This document shows positions 25,386 through 33,273 of a DNA stretch of 33,273 bases, in pieces. The stretch comes from Candidatus Woesearchaeota archaeon (GTDB lineage: Archaea; Nanobdellota; Nanobdellia; Woesearchaeales; GW2011-AR4), in contig JACPMT010000053.1 of assembly GCA_016185815.1 (NCBI GenBank), forward strand, positions 1 to 33,273. Direction: 5' to 3'. Each line of letters starts with the position of its first letter. Position 1 is the first letter of the stretch. Position numbers and translations under genes: made by a program. The notes beneath the pieces are model-generated. The model ran no database searches, was not told the origin of the DNA, and saw only the letters and a program-made list of their open reading frames with translations.

Positions 25386-25747
25386 GCTTTCTCCAAAACA
25401 ATTAAATCAGAATTCTTAACAGACTTGAAAATCTTTGCATTTTTTACATTCCCAAAAACATTGACTTTGGAGGCAGCCCTGATTTCATCTCCTTTAGAGG
25501 CTGGGGTTCTGCCAAAGAATATGCAAAAGCATGAGCCTTCAGGCCAGTAAGCAACATCTCCTTCTGAAACAACTTCTTTTGCACCGTCTTCCAAATCCAG
25601 ATTTACAGGAATCACAAAATAAATCTCGTCACCCCATCTGTTTGCAGCCCCTTCTATTGGCAGAGCATCATATACAGCTTTGGCTGTTGCTGTGTTTTTA
25701 AGCTCTGCAACAGCAGAAATATCTCCAGAAGTGATTTTGACTTTCAT
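25382..25747 (-). CDS. cyclophilin-like superfamily protein (TM1367-like)
   Basis: MKVKITSGDISAVAELKNTATAKAVYDALPIEGAANRWGDEIYF...VAYWPEGSCFCIFFG matches the small cyclophilin-like family pattern. The ORF track extends it to a GTG at 25801, which I consider less likely. The stop overlaps the NFACT start (ATGA). Confidence 0.7.
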   Translation of the reverse strand: MKVKITSGDISAVAELKNTATAKAVYDALPIEGAANRWGDEIYFVIPVNLDLEDGAKEVVSEGDVAYWPEGSCFCIFFGRTPASKGDEIRAASKVNVFGNVKNAKIFKSVKNSDLIVLEKA

Positions 25748-25860
25748 TTTATTGAATGAATAGGCGAGCCCGAATGTGCGGCAGACAATGAGGGCGAGCA
25801 CTAAATATTGTTGCGAAGCAACGGATTGAAATTGTGTATTATCTTAATGCTTATTAATTA

Positions 25861-27045
25861 TCAGATTTCTTCTTCATTTTCCATCCTGACAGCCTTCTGC
25901 TTCACCCATTTTTCAATCCTGTCCAGGCCCCTTTCAATCTCATGTATGGAAGTCGCATAGCTAAGCCTTACATGCCTGTCGCTTCCAAATGCGATTCCGG
26001 GCACTACTGCAACCAATGCTTCGTCAAGCAGCTTCGATGCAAATTCCATTGAGGACATTCCAGTTTCGCTTATGTCAGGAAAAGCGTAAAATGCGCCTTC
26101 AGGCTCGACACAAGAAATTCCATCAATCTCGTTCAATCTTTTGTGGATGAATCTTCTTCTTTCATCAAAAGCATGCACCATCTGTTTCACGCTGTCTTGG
26201 GGACCGTTCAAGGCTTCCAATGCAGCATACTGCGCAATTGAACTTGGATTGCTTGTGGAATGGCTCTGCAAGTTGTCCATTGCCTTAATGATTTCTTTTG
26301 GGCCTGCTGTGTAGCCAATTCTCCATCCGGTCATTGCGTAAGTCTTAGAGACAGAGTTTGAAGTTATTGCCAGATTTTTTATTTCGGCATTTAAAGACGC
26401 AATGCTTAGATGCTCTTTACCTCCATAGATAAAATGCTCGTAGACTTCGTCAGAAAGCACATAAAAATTGTGCTCAGTAGCCAAATCAGCTATTTTTTTT
26501 ATTTCAGCAGGCTCAACGATTGCCCCGCTTGGGTTGCTTGGAGAGTTCAGAATAAGCATTTTTGTCTTTGGAGTTATCTTTTCCTCTACCATTTTTGCAG
26601 TGAGCTTGAACTTGTCATCGGTTTTGCAGAAAACAGCATTTGCTTCTGCTATCTTTATCATCTCCTCATAGCTTACCCAGTACGGGGACGGAAGGATTGC
26701 CTCGTCTCCCTTGTCAAGGACAGCCATTGCAATGTTGAAAAGCGAATGCTTGCCTCCGCAGCTTACCAATATTTCAGAAACATCATAATCTATATTATTC
26801 TCCATCCTGAGCTTGTCAGCAACAGCCTTTTTGAGCTCTGGGATGCCTCCAACCGGCGTATATCTTGTAAAATTATTGTCTATTGCTTTCTTCGCAGCCA
26901 ACTTTATGTTTTCCGGAGTGTTGAAATCAGGCTCCCCTGCCCCGAAAATCACAACATCCCTGCCTTCCTTCTTGAGCTGCTTGGCTTTTGCATCAATTGC
27001 AAGAGTCGCGCTTGGCGCTATTCCCTTAACCCTTTGAGACAGCAT
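25861..27045 (-). CDS. class I pyridoxal-phosphate-dependent aminotransferase (aspartate aminotransferase-like)
   Basis: 394 aa. GEPDFNTPENIK, LILNSPSNPSGA and PLP-lysine motif SNSVSKTYAMTGWRIGY. Confidence 0.9.
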   Translation of the reverse strand: MLSQRVKGIAPSATLAIDAKAKQLKKEGRDVVIFGAGEPDFNTPENIKLAAKKAIDNNFTRYTPVGGIPELKKAVADKLRMENNIDYDVSEILVSCGGKHSLFNIAMAVLDKGDEAILPSPYWVSYEEMIKIAEANAVFCKTDDKFKLTAKMVEEKITPKTKMLILNSPSNPSGAIVEPAEIKKIADLATEHNFYVLSDEVYEHFIYGGKEHLSIASLNAEIKNLAITSNSVSKTYAMTGWRIGYTAGPKEIIKAMDNLQSHSTSNPSSIAQYAALEALNGPQDSVKQMVHAFDERRRFIHKRLNEIDGISCVEPEGAFYAFPDISETGMSSMEFASKLLDEALVAVVPGIAFGSDRHVRLSYATSIHEIERGLDRIEKWVKQKAVRMENEEEI

Positions 27046-27660
27046 TTAACCACCCAGCTTATGGATTAAGCTATTGATATTAAAACCTTTTGTTGTGTCA
27101 ATAACCAGAACTTCATGTTTTTGATGCAGTGCCTCGTTATAGCAGATGTCAAATATCTCAGCCTGCAGGTTTTCTTTTATTTTATCTTTGTAGAATCTTT
27201 TCTTTTTTAATCTTTTATTTAATTCATCAATGCCGCATTTGGTTACAATGCACAAATCGATATATTTTTTAGGAAGATAGTGGGATAGGTGCGAGTCAAT
27301 GATTATTCCCTTATATTTTTTAATTTGATTTTTAGTAATGTTTAATTTATTTAATGTTTTTTTGGATGTTTGCCTTGACAATAGGGCATCACCAATAAAA
27401 TTATATTTTTTAAAAAAAAGAATGATTTTTATCAGCTTTTTATTCAATTTTGCGATGTCAACAACCTTTGTTTTTCTTTTTCTGTCATAGCCTTCAACAA
27501 GCTTATACCTGGAAATAATATTATTTACATCAATATAATAATAATCCAATTCTTTAGCTAGTTTTTTTGATAATGTCGTCTTGCCAGTGCCCGGGGTTCC
27601 ACTAACGCATATGACTTTCATACTAATAAGGCAATGTGCAACATATTTAAATATATTCAA
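27046..27660 (-). CDS. P-loop kinase, adenylate kinase 6/Fap7-like (likely true start MKVICVSG at 27621)
   Basis: Walker A ICVSGTPGTGKTTLSKKLAKEL at the N-terminus. Small size, with a Lys-rich insertion in the middle. Confidence 0.65.
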   Translation of the reverse strand: MNIFKYVAHCLISMKVICVSGTPGTGKTTLSKKLAKELDYYYIDVNNIISRYKLVEGYDRKRKTKVVDIAKLNKKLIKIILFFKKYNFIGDALLSRQTSKKTLNKLNITKNQIKKYKGIIIDSHLSHYLPKKYIDLCIVTKCGIDELNKRLKKKRFYKDKIKENLQAEIFDICYNEALHQKHEVLVIDTTKGFNINSLIHKLGG

Positions 27661-27665
27661 TTACC

Positions 27666-28085
27666 ATGAGACTTATGCAGGAAGAATTTACAATATCAAC
27701 AAATAAAAAGCAGGAATTGATAGATATAACCGACAGAATAAACTCAATAATAAGAAAATCGAAAATAAAAAATGGCTTGTGCAATGTCTTTGCAGCCCAT
27801 GCGACAGCAGCAATTATTATAAACGAGAACTACGACCCGAACATTTGCCTGGATTTGATTGATGCACTAAACAAGCTTGTCCCAAGCGGAGTCTGGAGGC
27901 ATGACAAAATTGATGGAAATGCTGATTCGCATATTAAATACGCAATTTTGGGCCCTAGCGAAACTATACCTATAAAAAATGGCAAGCTTGATCTGGGAAG
28001 GTGGCAAAGCGTGATGTTTGCAGAATTGGACGGCCCGAGAAGCAATAGAAAAATTATAGTGACTGCACTGGGTGATAAGGATTAA
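27666..28085 (+). CDS. YjbQ/UPF0047 family protein (secondary thiamine-phosphate synthase-like)
   Basis: AHATAAIIINENYDPNICLDLIDALNKLVP...HDKIDGNADSHIKYAILGPSETIPIKNGKLDLGRWQSVMFAELDGPR matches the conserved YjbQ pattern. Confidence 0.85.
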   Translation: MRLMQEEFTISTNKKQELIDITDRINSIIRKSKIKNGLCNVFAAHATAAIIINENYDPNICLDLIDALNKLVPSGVWRHDKIDGNADSHIKYAILGPSETIPIKNGKLDLGRWQSVMFAELDGPRSNRKIIVTALGDKD

Positions 28086-28545
28086 CTGCGACTTGTGCGG
28101 CAAAGCAAGTGAAAGTTTAAACAGGACGCTGATTGAGGGCGTTGAACTGGATGTATGCTCTGAATGCAGCAGATTTGGGAAGATAATCTCGCCTGTCAGG
28201 CGGCTTTCTCCAAAGGAACAGCACAAGCAATTCCTAAGGAAATCAGAACCGCAGAAAGAAGAGAAAATAGAGCTTCTTGTTGAAAATTACGCTGAAATAA
28301 TAAAAAAGAAGCGCGAATCAATGGGACTGACGCAAAAAGAGTTTGCAAGCAGGGTAAATGAAAAGGAATCCGCAATGCACAAGATCGAGACAGGAATGTT
28401 CAACCCCACTCTGCCTTTGGCGAAAAAGCTTGAAAAGGCATTGGGCATAAAGATTGTTGAAGAGCACGAGGAAAGGCACGAGAAACCAAGCAAGAGCCGA
28501 ATGATGGGGTTTACGCTAGGAGACTTCATCAAAATAAAGAAGTAG
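28072..28545 (+). CDS. mbf1: archaeal multiprotein bridging factor 1 (Zn-ribbon + HTH)
   Basis: GTG start overlaps the yjbQ-like gene by 14 nt. Zn ribbon CDLCGK...CSECSRFGK. Cro/C1-type HTH MGLTQKEFASRVNEKESAMHKIETG. Confidence 0.85.
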   Translation: MIRINCDLCGKASESLNRTLIEGVELDVCSECSRFGKIISPVRRLSPKEQHKQFLRKSEPQKEEKIELLVENYAEIIKKKRESMGLTQKEFASRVNEKESAMHKIETGMFNPTLPLAKKLEKALGIKIVEEHEERHEKPSKSRMMGFTLGDFIKIKK

Positions 28546-29926
28546 CCTTTCTGTATATCTCATACCTGCAGGAGTTTATTCCTTTTTCATAGATCTTTCT
28601 GAATTTAGAGACTGCATTGTAAAGAATTTCCCTGCTCTCGCCGCACAAAGGATCGGCCTCTGCAGGGGGGCACGGGATATCGCAACTGTTGAACAAGACA
28701 ATATCCACATTATTTTTGTTTTTATTGATAAAATCAATCAGTTTTTCAGAGGAATAGAAATAAAGCAGCCCGCCAATTTTTTGACCGGAATAAAGCGCGT
28801 ACAGCGGATTTGTAGTCCATACATTCCCATTATTGTTTTTTAGATAATCCTGGAAATACAAGAATCCCTCGTCATTCCGCTGATAAGTATACCGGACAGC
28901 GTCATTAAAAGACATGAATGTTGTGGCTGTCCACGCCGCTAGGACCAAAATAAAAAAGGCTGACGCCAGTTTTTTGTATTTTATCTTTCCATGAATCTTC
29001 ATCAGGCAGTAAGACAGAAGCAGGTATAAAAACGGCATGACAAGGATGGCATACCTCATGTCCTTGTTCTTGGCTATTGAGAAAATAAAAAGATATATTG
29101 CCGGTATGAGAAAAACTGCAGTGAACCCCCGGTCTTTTCTGGGAAATAACGGGAGCGACAGCAGCAACACCAAAAAAAAATTCTCTTTAAGCAAGCCTTT
29201 GATGTAGAATGGGAATTCCTGGTAATGCGCCCAGGTTGTTGCTCTTGTCAAATGCGCCTGCACCTTAAATGGCTCAAACATGTCATTGTACAGGTAATAA
29301 TTAAGAATGAAATAAGGCAAAACAAGTATCAGAAATCCTGCAGCGCCGTAAAATAGTTTTTTGGCAGACTTGGGTTTCCTGTGTATGGATATTATGAAAA
29401 TTATCCCAAGACCTATCAAAGTAAAAAATTGAAAAAAGCGAGTCATTACGGCAATGCCTGCTGCCAGTCCCATAAAAAAGAATTTATTCTCCATAAAGAA
29501 GTACAAAGCCAGCAATAAAAATAACATGGAAGGTATTTCTGTCAGTATGTTCGGGCTGAAAAAAAGGAAATTGTACGAAAATGCAGTGAAAAACGCAGCC
29601 AATAAGCCTATCTTCTTAGAGAAAACCTTTAACCCGATTGCATATGTCATGCATATTACAAGAATTGCGAATATTATGGATACAAGCCTGGCAAAATACA
29701 CAGCATCAAAGCCAAGTTTCCAGCCAATGCCAAGGATAAAAGGCAGTATCAATGGCCTTGATTCCTCCCATAAGCCGGATTTTCCAGATGAGAAGATATA
29801 TTTGCCCATGCCAATGTAAACAGAGGAATCCCACCAGACATCTTTATAGAAATTAAGAAAAACTGCATTCGCGCAAATAAAGGCAAGTATTACTATGATT
29901 ATGCCAATATTGCTCCTCAGCCTCAT
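28529..29926 (-). CDS. GT-C fold glycosyltransferase (ArnT/PMT-like, dolichyl/undecaprenyl-phosphate-sugar dependent)
   Basis: 465 aa, about 11 TM helices, a first-loop acidic/aromatic motif (YKDVWWDSSVYIGMGKY) and a soluble C-terminal domain. Confidence 0.65.
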   Translation of the reverse strand: MRLRSNIGIIIVILAFICANAVFLNFYKDVWWDSSVYIGMGKYIFSSGKSGLWEESRPLILPFILGIGWKLGFDAVYFARLVSIIFAILVICMTYAIGLKVFSKKIGLLAAFFTAFSYNFLFFSPNILTEIPSMLFLLLALYFFMENKFFFMGLAAGIAVMTRFFQFFTLIGLGIIFIISIHRKPKSAKKLFYGAAGFLILVLPYFILNYYLYNDMFEPFKVQAHLTRATTWAHYQEFPFYIKGLLKENFFLVLLLSLPLFPRKDRGFTAVFLIPAIYLFIFSIAKNKDMRYAILVMPFLYLLLSYCLMKIHGKIKYKKLASAFFILVLAAWTATTFMSFNDAVRYTYQRNDEGFLYFQDYLKNNNGNVWTTNPLYALYSGQKIGGLLYFYSSEKLIDFINKNKNNVDIVLFNSCDIPCPPAEADPLCGESREILYNAVSKFRKIYEKGINSCRYEIYRKATSLF

Positions 29927-29965
29927 TTTATTAAAAAAAGCACAAGAATAAATAATACTTTCTAA

Positions 29966-30017
29966 AGAGAATTTTGAAATACATAAATTTTGTCAAAATT
30001 CTCTAAGAGAACTTTGA
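29966..30017. promoter_or_regulatory. operator-like repeats: one half-site plus a 25-nt palindrome built from the 12-mer TCAAA(A/G)TTCTCT
   Basis: AGAGAATTTTGA at 29966-29977 (reverse-complement half-site). TCAAAATTCTCT a AGAGAACTTTGA at 29993-30017. Located upstream of the GT-C gene start (29926). Confidence 0.5.
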
Positions 30018-30024
30018 GTGTCCT

Positions 30025-30069
30025 AAAAAATTGGTGACATGCGAGTGAGCTCGTTGCGAACTCGCTCAC
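30025..30069 (-). terminator. hairpin plus T-run downstream of the GT2 operon
   Basis: GTGAGC-tc-GTT-gcg-AAC-tc-GCTCAC (30045-30069) is a GC-rich island in AT-rich spacer. On the minus strand it is followed by T6 (30030-30025). A T5 run also follows on the plus strand (30082-30086). Confidence 0.45.
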
Positions 30070-30139
30070 AACTACCTGCAATTTTTGGGAACCTGAAAAT
30101 CTTGGATTTTCATGTTAAAGTAATAAAATGGTAGGTTAT

Positions 30140-30151
30140 TCAAAGTTCTCT
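30140..30151. promoter_or_regulatory. fourth copy of the 12-mer half-site TCAAAGTTCTCT
   Basis: Exact match to the right arm (reverse complement) of the 29993-30017 palindrome. Lies just downstream of the stop codon (30158-30160) of the upstream GT2 gene. Confidence 0.4.
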
Positions 30152-30157
30152 AAAGAA

Positions 30158-31492
30158 TCAGTCTATCTTGTTTCCCTGCTTGCTTAGCATGTACCATTCC
30201 ATAGGCGTTTTGGCTATTGCCTTGAAAATGCCTACATTAACATAGTAAGTAACGACTAGCCCGTAGCTGAATGAAGATGCTATCATTGGCAAGGTTAGTT
30301 TTGTTTTATTTGATTTTTTCAATGCAACAATGCTTGCAAAAAGCAGTCCGCTTGTGAGCAGCACATTCCTAAGCAATTTATAGGCAAATTCACCCCACTT
30401 AATTGGTTCCGGGGCATGGGTTATAAAGCTTAGTGTGCCTGTTATAAACAACCCCGCTAATAAAACTGATATTAGGTATCCGCTTAGGAAAATGCTTTGC
30501 ATGTAAAATTTATCTGCAAGGTTAAGGTATTTGCTTTTTGTAATAGGCTTAAAATGGTTTTTCCATGAATAAATAACACCATAAGCCCACCTCATCTGCT
30601 GCCTGTATAAATCCTTAAGCGTGTACGGAACTTCGCCATCGCATTCCAAATCTTCCAAATATGTTATCTTGTAGCCGTTCTCCAGCAATCTTAATGAAAA
30701 TTCAATATCCTCTGTAAGGTTTCCTTCCTCCCATCTTCCCAGCTTTATCAGCGTTTCTTTTCTTACAGCCTCTGCAGAGCCGCACAAGAAGACCATTTTT
30801 CTCCTGTCATGGACAAACGGCATTGCGATGTGGTGGTATGTAGTGACTATTGTCGCCCCTAAAACAGATATCATATTTTGATGCAGATTAATGAAATTCC
30901 ATCTTGCCTGCACTCCAGCAACATTCTTGTCATTAATAAAAGGCTGCACTATTTTTTTCAGGAAATCCTGAGGAGGCACAAAATCTGAGTCAAAAATGAC
31001 TAGTATTTCGCCTTTAGAGTGCTTCAGCATATTGTTGAGGTTGCCTGGCTTGTAGCCTATGTTGCTTGCCCTCTTCACCAGCTTTATGCCATTCTGCTCC
31101 GCAAATTCTTTTAGCTGCTTTGATATCTCAGGATCACTGCTGTCGTCACCTATTATTATTTCGTACTTATCTTTTGGGTAATCAAAATGCAGACAGCTTT
31201 GGGCGCATCTTATCGCCACAAGCTCGTTAAAAGTGGGTATTTGTACGCTAACAGATGGCAGTTCCCCATCATGGCTTTCTTCGGTCTTGTGCTCACGCTT
31301 TCTGAAGATAGCATAAACTGACATTATAACATAGAGCAACGACATTAAAAACGCTATGAGAAGCAGCACATCAAACACTTTGTCAAATATACTATGCAGA
31401 ATGTCAAGTATTTTCCTGCCTATGACGTTGTACCACGAGAAAAAATTGATTATTAAATCCATATATTGCTGGAAAATTCCGGTTATTGCCAT
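30158..31492 (-). CDS. family 2 glycosyltransferase, processive (cellulose/chitin-synthase-like) type with TM domains
   Basis: VSVQIPTFNE, IIIGDDSSD, VIFDSDF, TEDIEFSLRL, QQMRWAYG (D,D,D,QxxRW) and flanking TM helices. Confidence 0.85.
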   Translation of the reverse strand: MAITGIFQQYMDLIINFFSWYNVIGRKILDILHSIFDKVFDVLLLIAFLMSLLYVIMSVYAIFRKREHKTEESHDGELPSVSVQIPTFNELVAIRCAQSCLHFDYPKDKYEIIIGDDSSDPEISKQLKEFAEQNGIKLVKRASNIGYKPGNLNNMLKHSKGEILVIFDSDFVPPQDFLKKIVQPFINDKNVAGVQARWNFINLHQNMISVLGATIVTTYHHIAMPFVHDRRKMVFLCGSAEAVRKETLIKLGRWEEGNLTEDIEFSLRLLENGYKITYLEDLECDGEVPYTLKDLYRQQMRWAYGVIYSWKNHFKPITKSKYLNLADKFYMQSIFLSGYLISVLLAGLFITGTLSFITHAPEPIKWGEFAYKLLRNVLLTSGLLFASIVALKKSNKTKLTLPMIASSFSYGLVVTYYVNVGIFKAIAKTPMEWYMLSKQGNKID

Positions 31493-31498
31493 TTTACA

Positions 31499-32743
31499 TC
31501 ATTTTATATAAAAGCTCTTGGCCCAAAATCTGTGCCTTAACAGGCTGATTAAAATTATAATATTTAAAACTATTGTATATGGGAAGTAAAAAAAGATTGC
31601 AAAAATGTTCTTAAGGCCAATCCTGTCCTTAAAAATCACTACAGCCGCTACGCTAAGCACAGTTGTCATCACTCCCGATAAAACGCCAAAAATGCTGTAA
31701 ACCGAGATCCCGAAATCGGGTATTTTATAAAGGACATAAAACGGCCCCATCAGGCTGAACCACCTGAAAAAGTAGCTTATGGAGCTAAGCAGGCTTTGGG
31801 AGTTGTATGGAAGCCAATAATTTATCTGGTATATTATCAATGGCAAGGACAAAAATGCGTAGAAAGACCACCAAAAATGGGTTATATAAAGGAATATTAT
31901 TGACGGCGTTGACTTTCTTGAAAAGAGTTCCTTGTTTTTGACTATGGCCTGCAGGGTGCCCATCCACCACCTAACGCGCTGCCTGTAAAGCTCCTTGAAC
32001 CTGCTTGGGACGATAGTGCTGCCAAACGCTGCAGAAACAATAACAGTTTTATAACCGGCTTTTTTCAACTCCAGTGCAATATCTATGTCCTCTGCAAGGG
32101 TATCTTTTTTGAAATAGCCGATCTTTTTTAAGGCTGTTTTCCTGTAGCATGCCAATGAGCCTGCAATCCATATCCCGCTTTTGAAAACAGCTGAAAAGCT
32201 GTTTCTTATCAGGTTGCTAAAGTGGTACTCAATGTTTTGAAACAAGCCCAGGATTGATTTATTGTTTTTTACTGTGTTGTTTCCTGTAGTTGCGCCAATG
32301 TCTTTGGCCGAGAATGGCTTTACAAGCTCTCTGATGCAGTTTTTATCCAAGGTTGTGTCTGCATCAAGCGTTATTACAAATTCATTGGAGGAATTCAGCG
32401 CTCCAAGGTTCAAAGCCTCTACTTTGCCAAGATGATTTTGACTCAATGTCTTTATTTTTTTGTACGCCTTCAAAATACTTGGCGTGCTGTCTGTTGAGCC
32501 GTCATCAACAACAATAACTTCAATCTTGTTTTTCGGGTAATTTGAGCTGAAGATGGAGTCCAGGCATGCTTTTATGCCGTATTCCTCATTGTATGCTGGG
32601 ATGACGATGCTGACTTTTGGCTCAGAGAAATTATCTTCCTTCTTTAAAAATCTGGAGATTATGAATATGGCAAATATAAAGGTTAAAAGTGAAAAAACAA
32701 TCCCAAAAAGTACACTGGACATCAGCATTATTGCATCTTTCAT
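31499..32743 (-). CDS. family 2 glycosyltransferase, processive type with TM domains
   Basis: VSIVIPAYNEE, VVDDGSTDST, ITLDADT, AEDIDIALEL, RQRVRWWMG and a C-terminal multi-TM region. Confidence 0.85.
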   Translation of the reverse strand: MKDAIMLMSSVLFGIVFSLLTFIFAIFIISRFLKKEDNFSEPKVSIVIPAYNEEYGIKACLDSIFSSNYPKNKIEVIVVDDGSTDSTPSILKAYKKIKTLSQNHLGKVEALNLGALNSSNEFVITLDADTTLDKNCIRELVKPFSAKDIGATTGNNTVKNNKSILGLFQNIEYHFSNLIRNSFSAVFKSGIWIAGSLACYRKTALKKIGYFKKDTLAEDIDIALELKKAGYKTVIVSAAFGSTIVPSRFKELYRQRVRWWMGTLQAIVKNKELFSRKSTPSIIFLYITHFWWSFYAFLSLPLIIYQINYWLPYNSQSLLSSISYFFRWFSLMGPFYVLYKIPDFGISVYSIFGVLSGVMTTVLSVAAVVIFKDRIGLKNIFAIFFYFPYTIVLNIIILISLLRHRFWAKSFYIK

Positions 32744-32800
32744 ATCATTAAATAAGAATATATAAGACGAGTGCTTTTAAATATTTCTATGGAATTGCTG

Positions 32801-33088
32801 TCATGCCAGGGCTGCCAATCCAATGTTTTTACATACCCCTCCATAACCATAACCGTACAGGCACATGCCAAAGCCTATCAAGTAAGTAACATAGACAAGC
32901 GCTCCGAGAATTATGCCAGCGATTGCAAATCCTTTTCCAGAATATTTAGCAGGGTCTTTTTTTATTTTTATCAAGGATTTCGCTCCCAGGTATATGGCAA
33001 ATGCACTGGATATTATGTTAATCAACGGGATCCAAAAGAATAATCCAAATACAAAGGCTGCAATGGCTGTACTCCTTGACTTTTCCAT
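32801..33088 (-). CDS. small DUF4190-like membrane protein
   Basis: 95 aa. AIAAFVFGLFFWIPLINIISSAFAIYLGAKSLIKIKKDPAKYSGKGFAIAGIILGALVYV is the typical two-helix DUF4190 pattern. Confidence 0.65.
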   Translation of the reverse strand: MEKSRSTAIAAFVFGLFFWIPLINIISSAFAIYLGAKSLIKIKKDPAKYSGKGFAIAGIILGALVYVTYLIGFGMCLYGYGYGGVCKNIGLAALA

Positions 33089-33133
33089 AAGCTATGATGG
33101 TCTTGAGATGTATTAAAATCTTTCCTTAAAAAC

Positions 33134-33160
33134 GGCTTTGTCCCAAGAGGCGACAAAGCC
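33134..33160 (-). terminator. perfect 9-bp hairpin, possible terminator of a minus-strand gene entering from the right edge
   Basis: GGCTTTGTC-ccaagaggc-GACAAAGCC. On the minus strand it is followed by GTTTTTAAGG. Confidence 0.35.
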
Positions 33161-33273
33161 AAATAAATAAATTGTACAATATCGCCCTGCAATAAACTTC
33201 TGACCTTGCAGTATTTGCCAGCTTCGAGCTGATACTGCTTCCATATCTCTGCTTGAATGAATGAAATAAGCTC

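Noticed and set aside
26410-27069. 219-aa plus-strand ORF (and the nested 26468-26671 and 26813-27037 ORFs).
   Set aside because: They are entirely antisense to the aminotransferase gene, which has an unmistakable PLP-lysine motif. Their composition (F/L/S/C-rich) is typical of shadow ORFs.
33089-33273. Partial minus-strand CDS entering from the right edge.
   Set aside because: All three minus-strand frames are open across most of this 185-nt stretch and none shows a recognisable motif. A hairpin sits inside it. I cannot choose a frame, so no CDS is called.
1-33273. CRISPR arrays, tRNA genes, 16S/23S rRNA.
   Set aside because: By eye I found no regularly spaced 25-40-nt direct repeats and no cloverleaf-like GC-rich intergenic islands. 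The only rRNA-like sequence is the 5S gene and its partial copy.

Overview
This is an AT-rich window of clearly archaeal character. It has a Zn-ribbon MBF1, a Fap7/AK6-type kinase, an NFACT protein, a TATA-driven stand-alone 5S rRNA gene, a LAGLIDADG endonuclease and GGAGGTG-type RBSs. A DPANN-like uncultivated lineage is my inference only.

(1) Positions 1-13.6 kb look like an accessory island and are more AT-rich by eye than the centre. The island holds an operon of secreted, N-glycosylation-sequon-rich proteins. The operon ends in a 1926-aa protein with a SpvB/TcB-like domain, an FG-GAP propeller, an RHS/YD shell and five beta-sandwich repeats. A separate 455-aa protein follows, carrying the RHS core that ends in DPTGH plus an unrecognised about 225-aa C-terminal domain. 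Next comes a small 2-TM gene, a putative immunity factor. After that come a 44-aa RHH gene missing from the ORF track, paired with a membrane protein, then an IS110-family element, a TIR-domain protein, and a 33-nt relic of an RHS gene.

(2) Positions 13.6-23.1 kb form an envelope-glycan cluster. It contains a B12-radical SAM enzyme, a methyltransferase, a Wzx-like flippase, UXS, a sugar-1-P nucleotidyltransferase, UDP-glucose dehydrogenase, an RHH-nucleotidyltransferase fusion, and an HExxH membrane protein.

(3) At 23.16-24.24 kb a minus-strand 5S rRNA gene carries a 28-nt extra segment. It abuts a LAGLIDADG endonuclease cassette bracketed by 62-bp direct repeats of the 5S 3' half.

(4) Positions 24.3-33.3 kb hold housekeeping genes plus a GT-C and two processive-type GT2 glycosyltransferases. 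A four-fold repeated 12-mer operator-like motif lies in their intergenic region.

The best candidates for something new are the archaeal Tc/RHS-like toxin locus with its split shell/tip architecture and unknown payload, and the endonuclease/5S arrangement. No CRISPR array or tRNA gene was seen.
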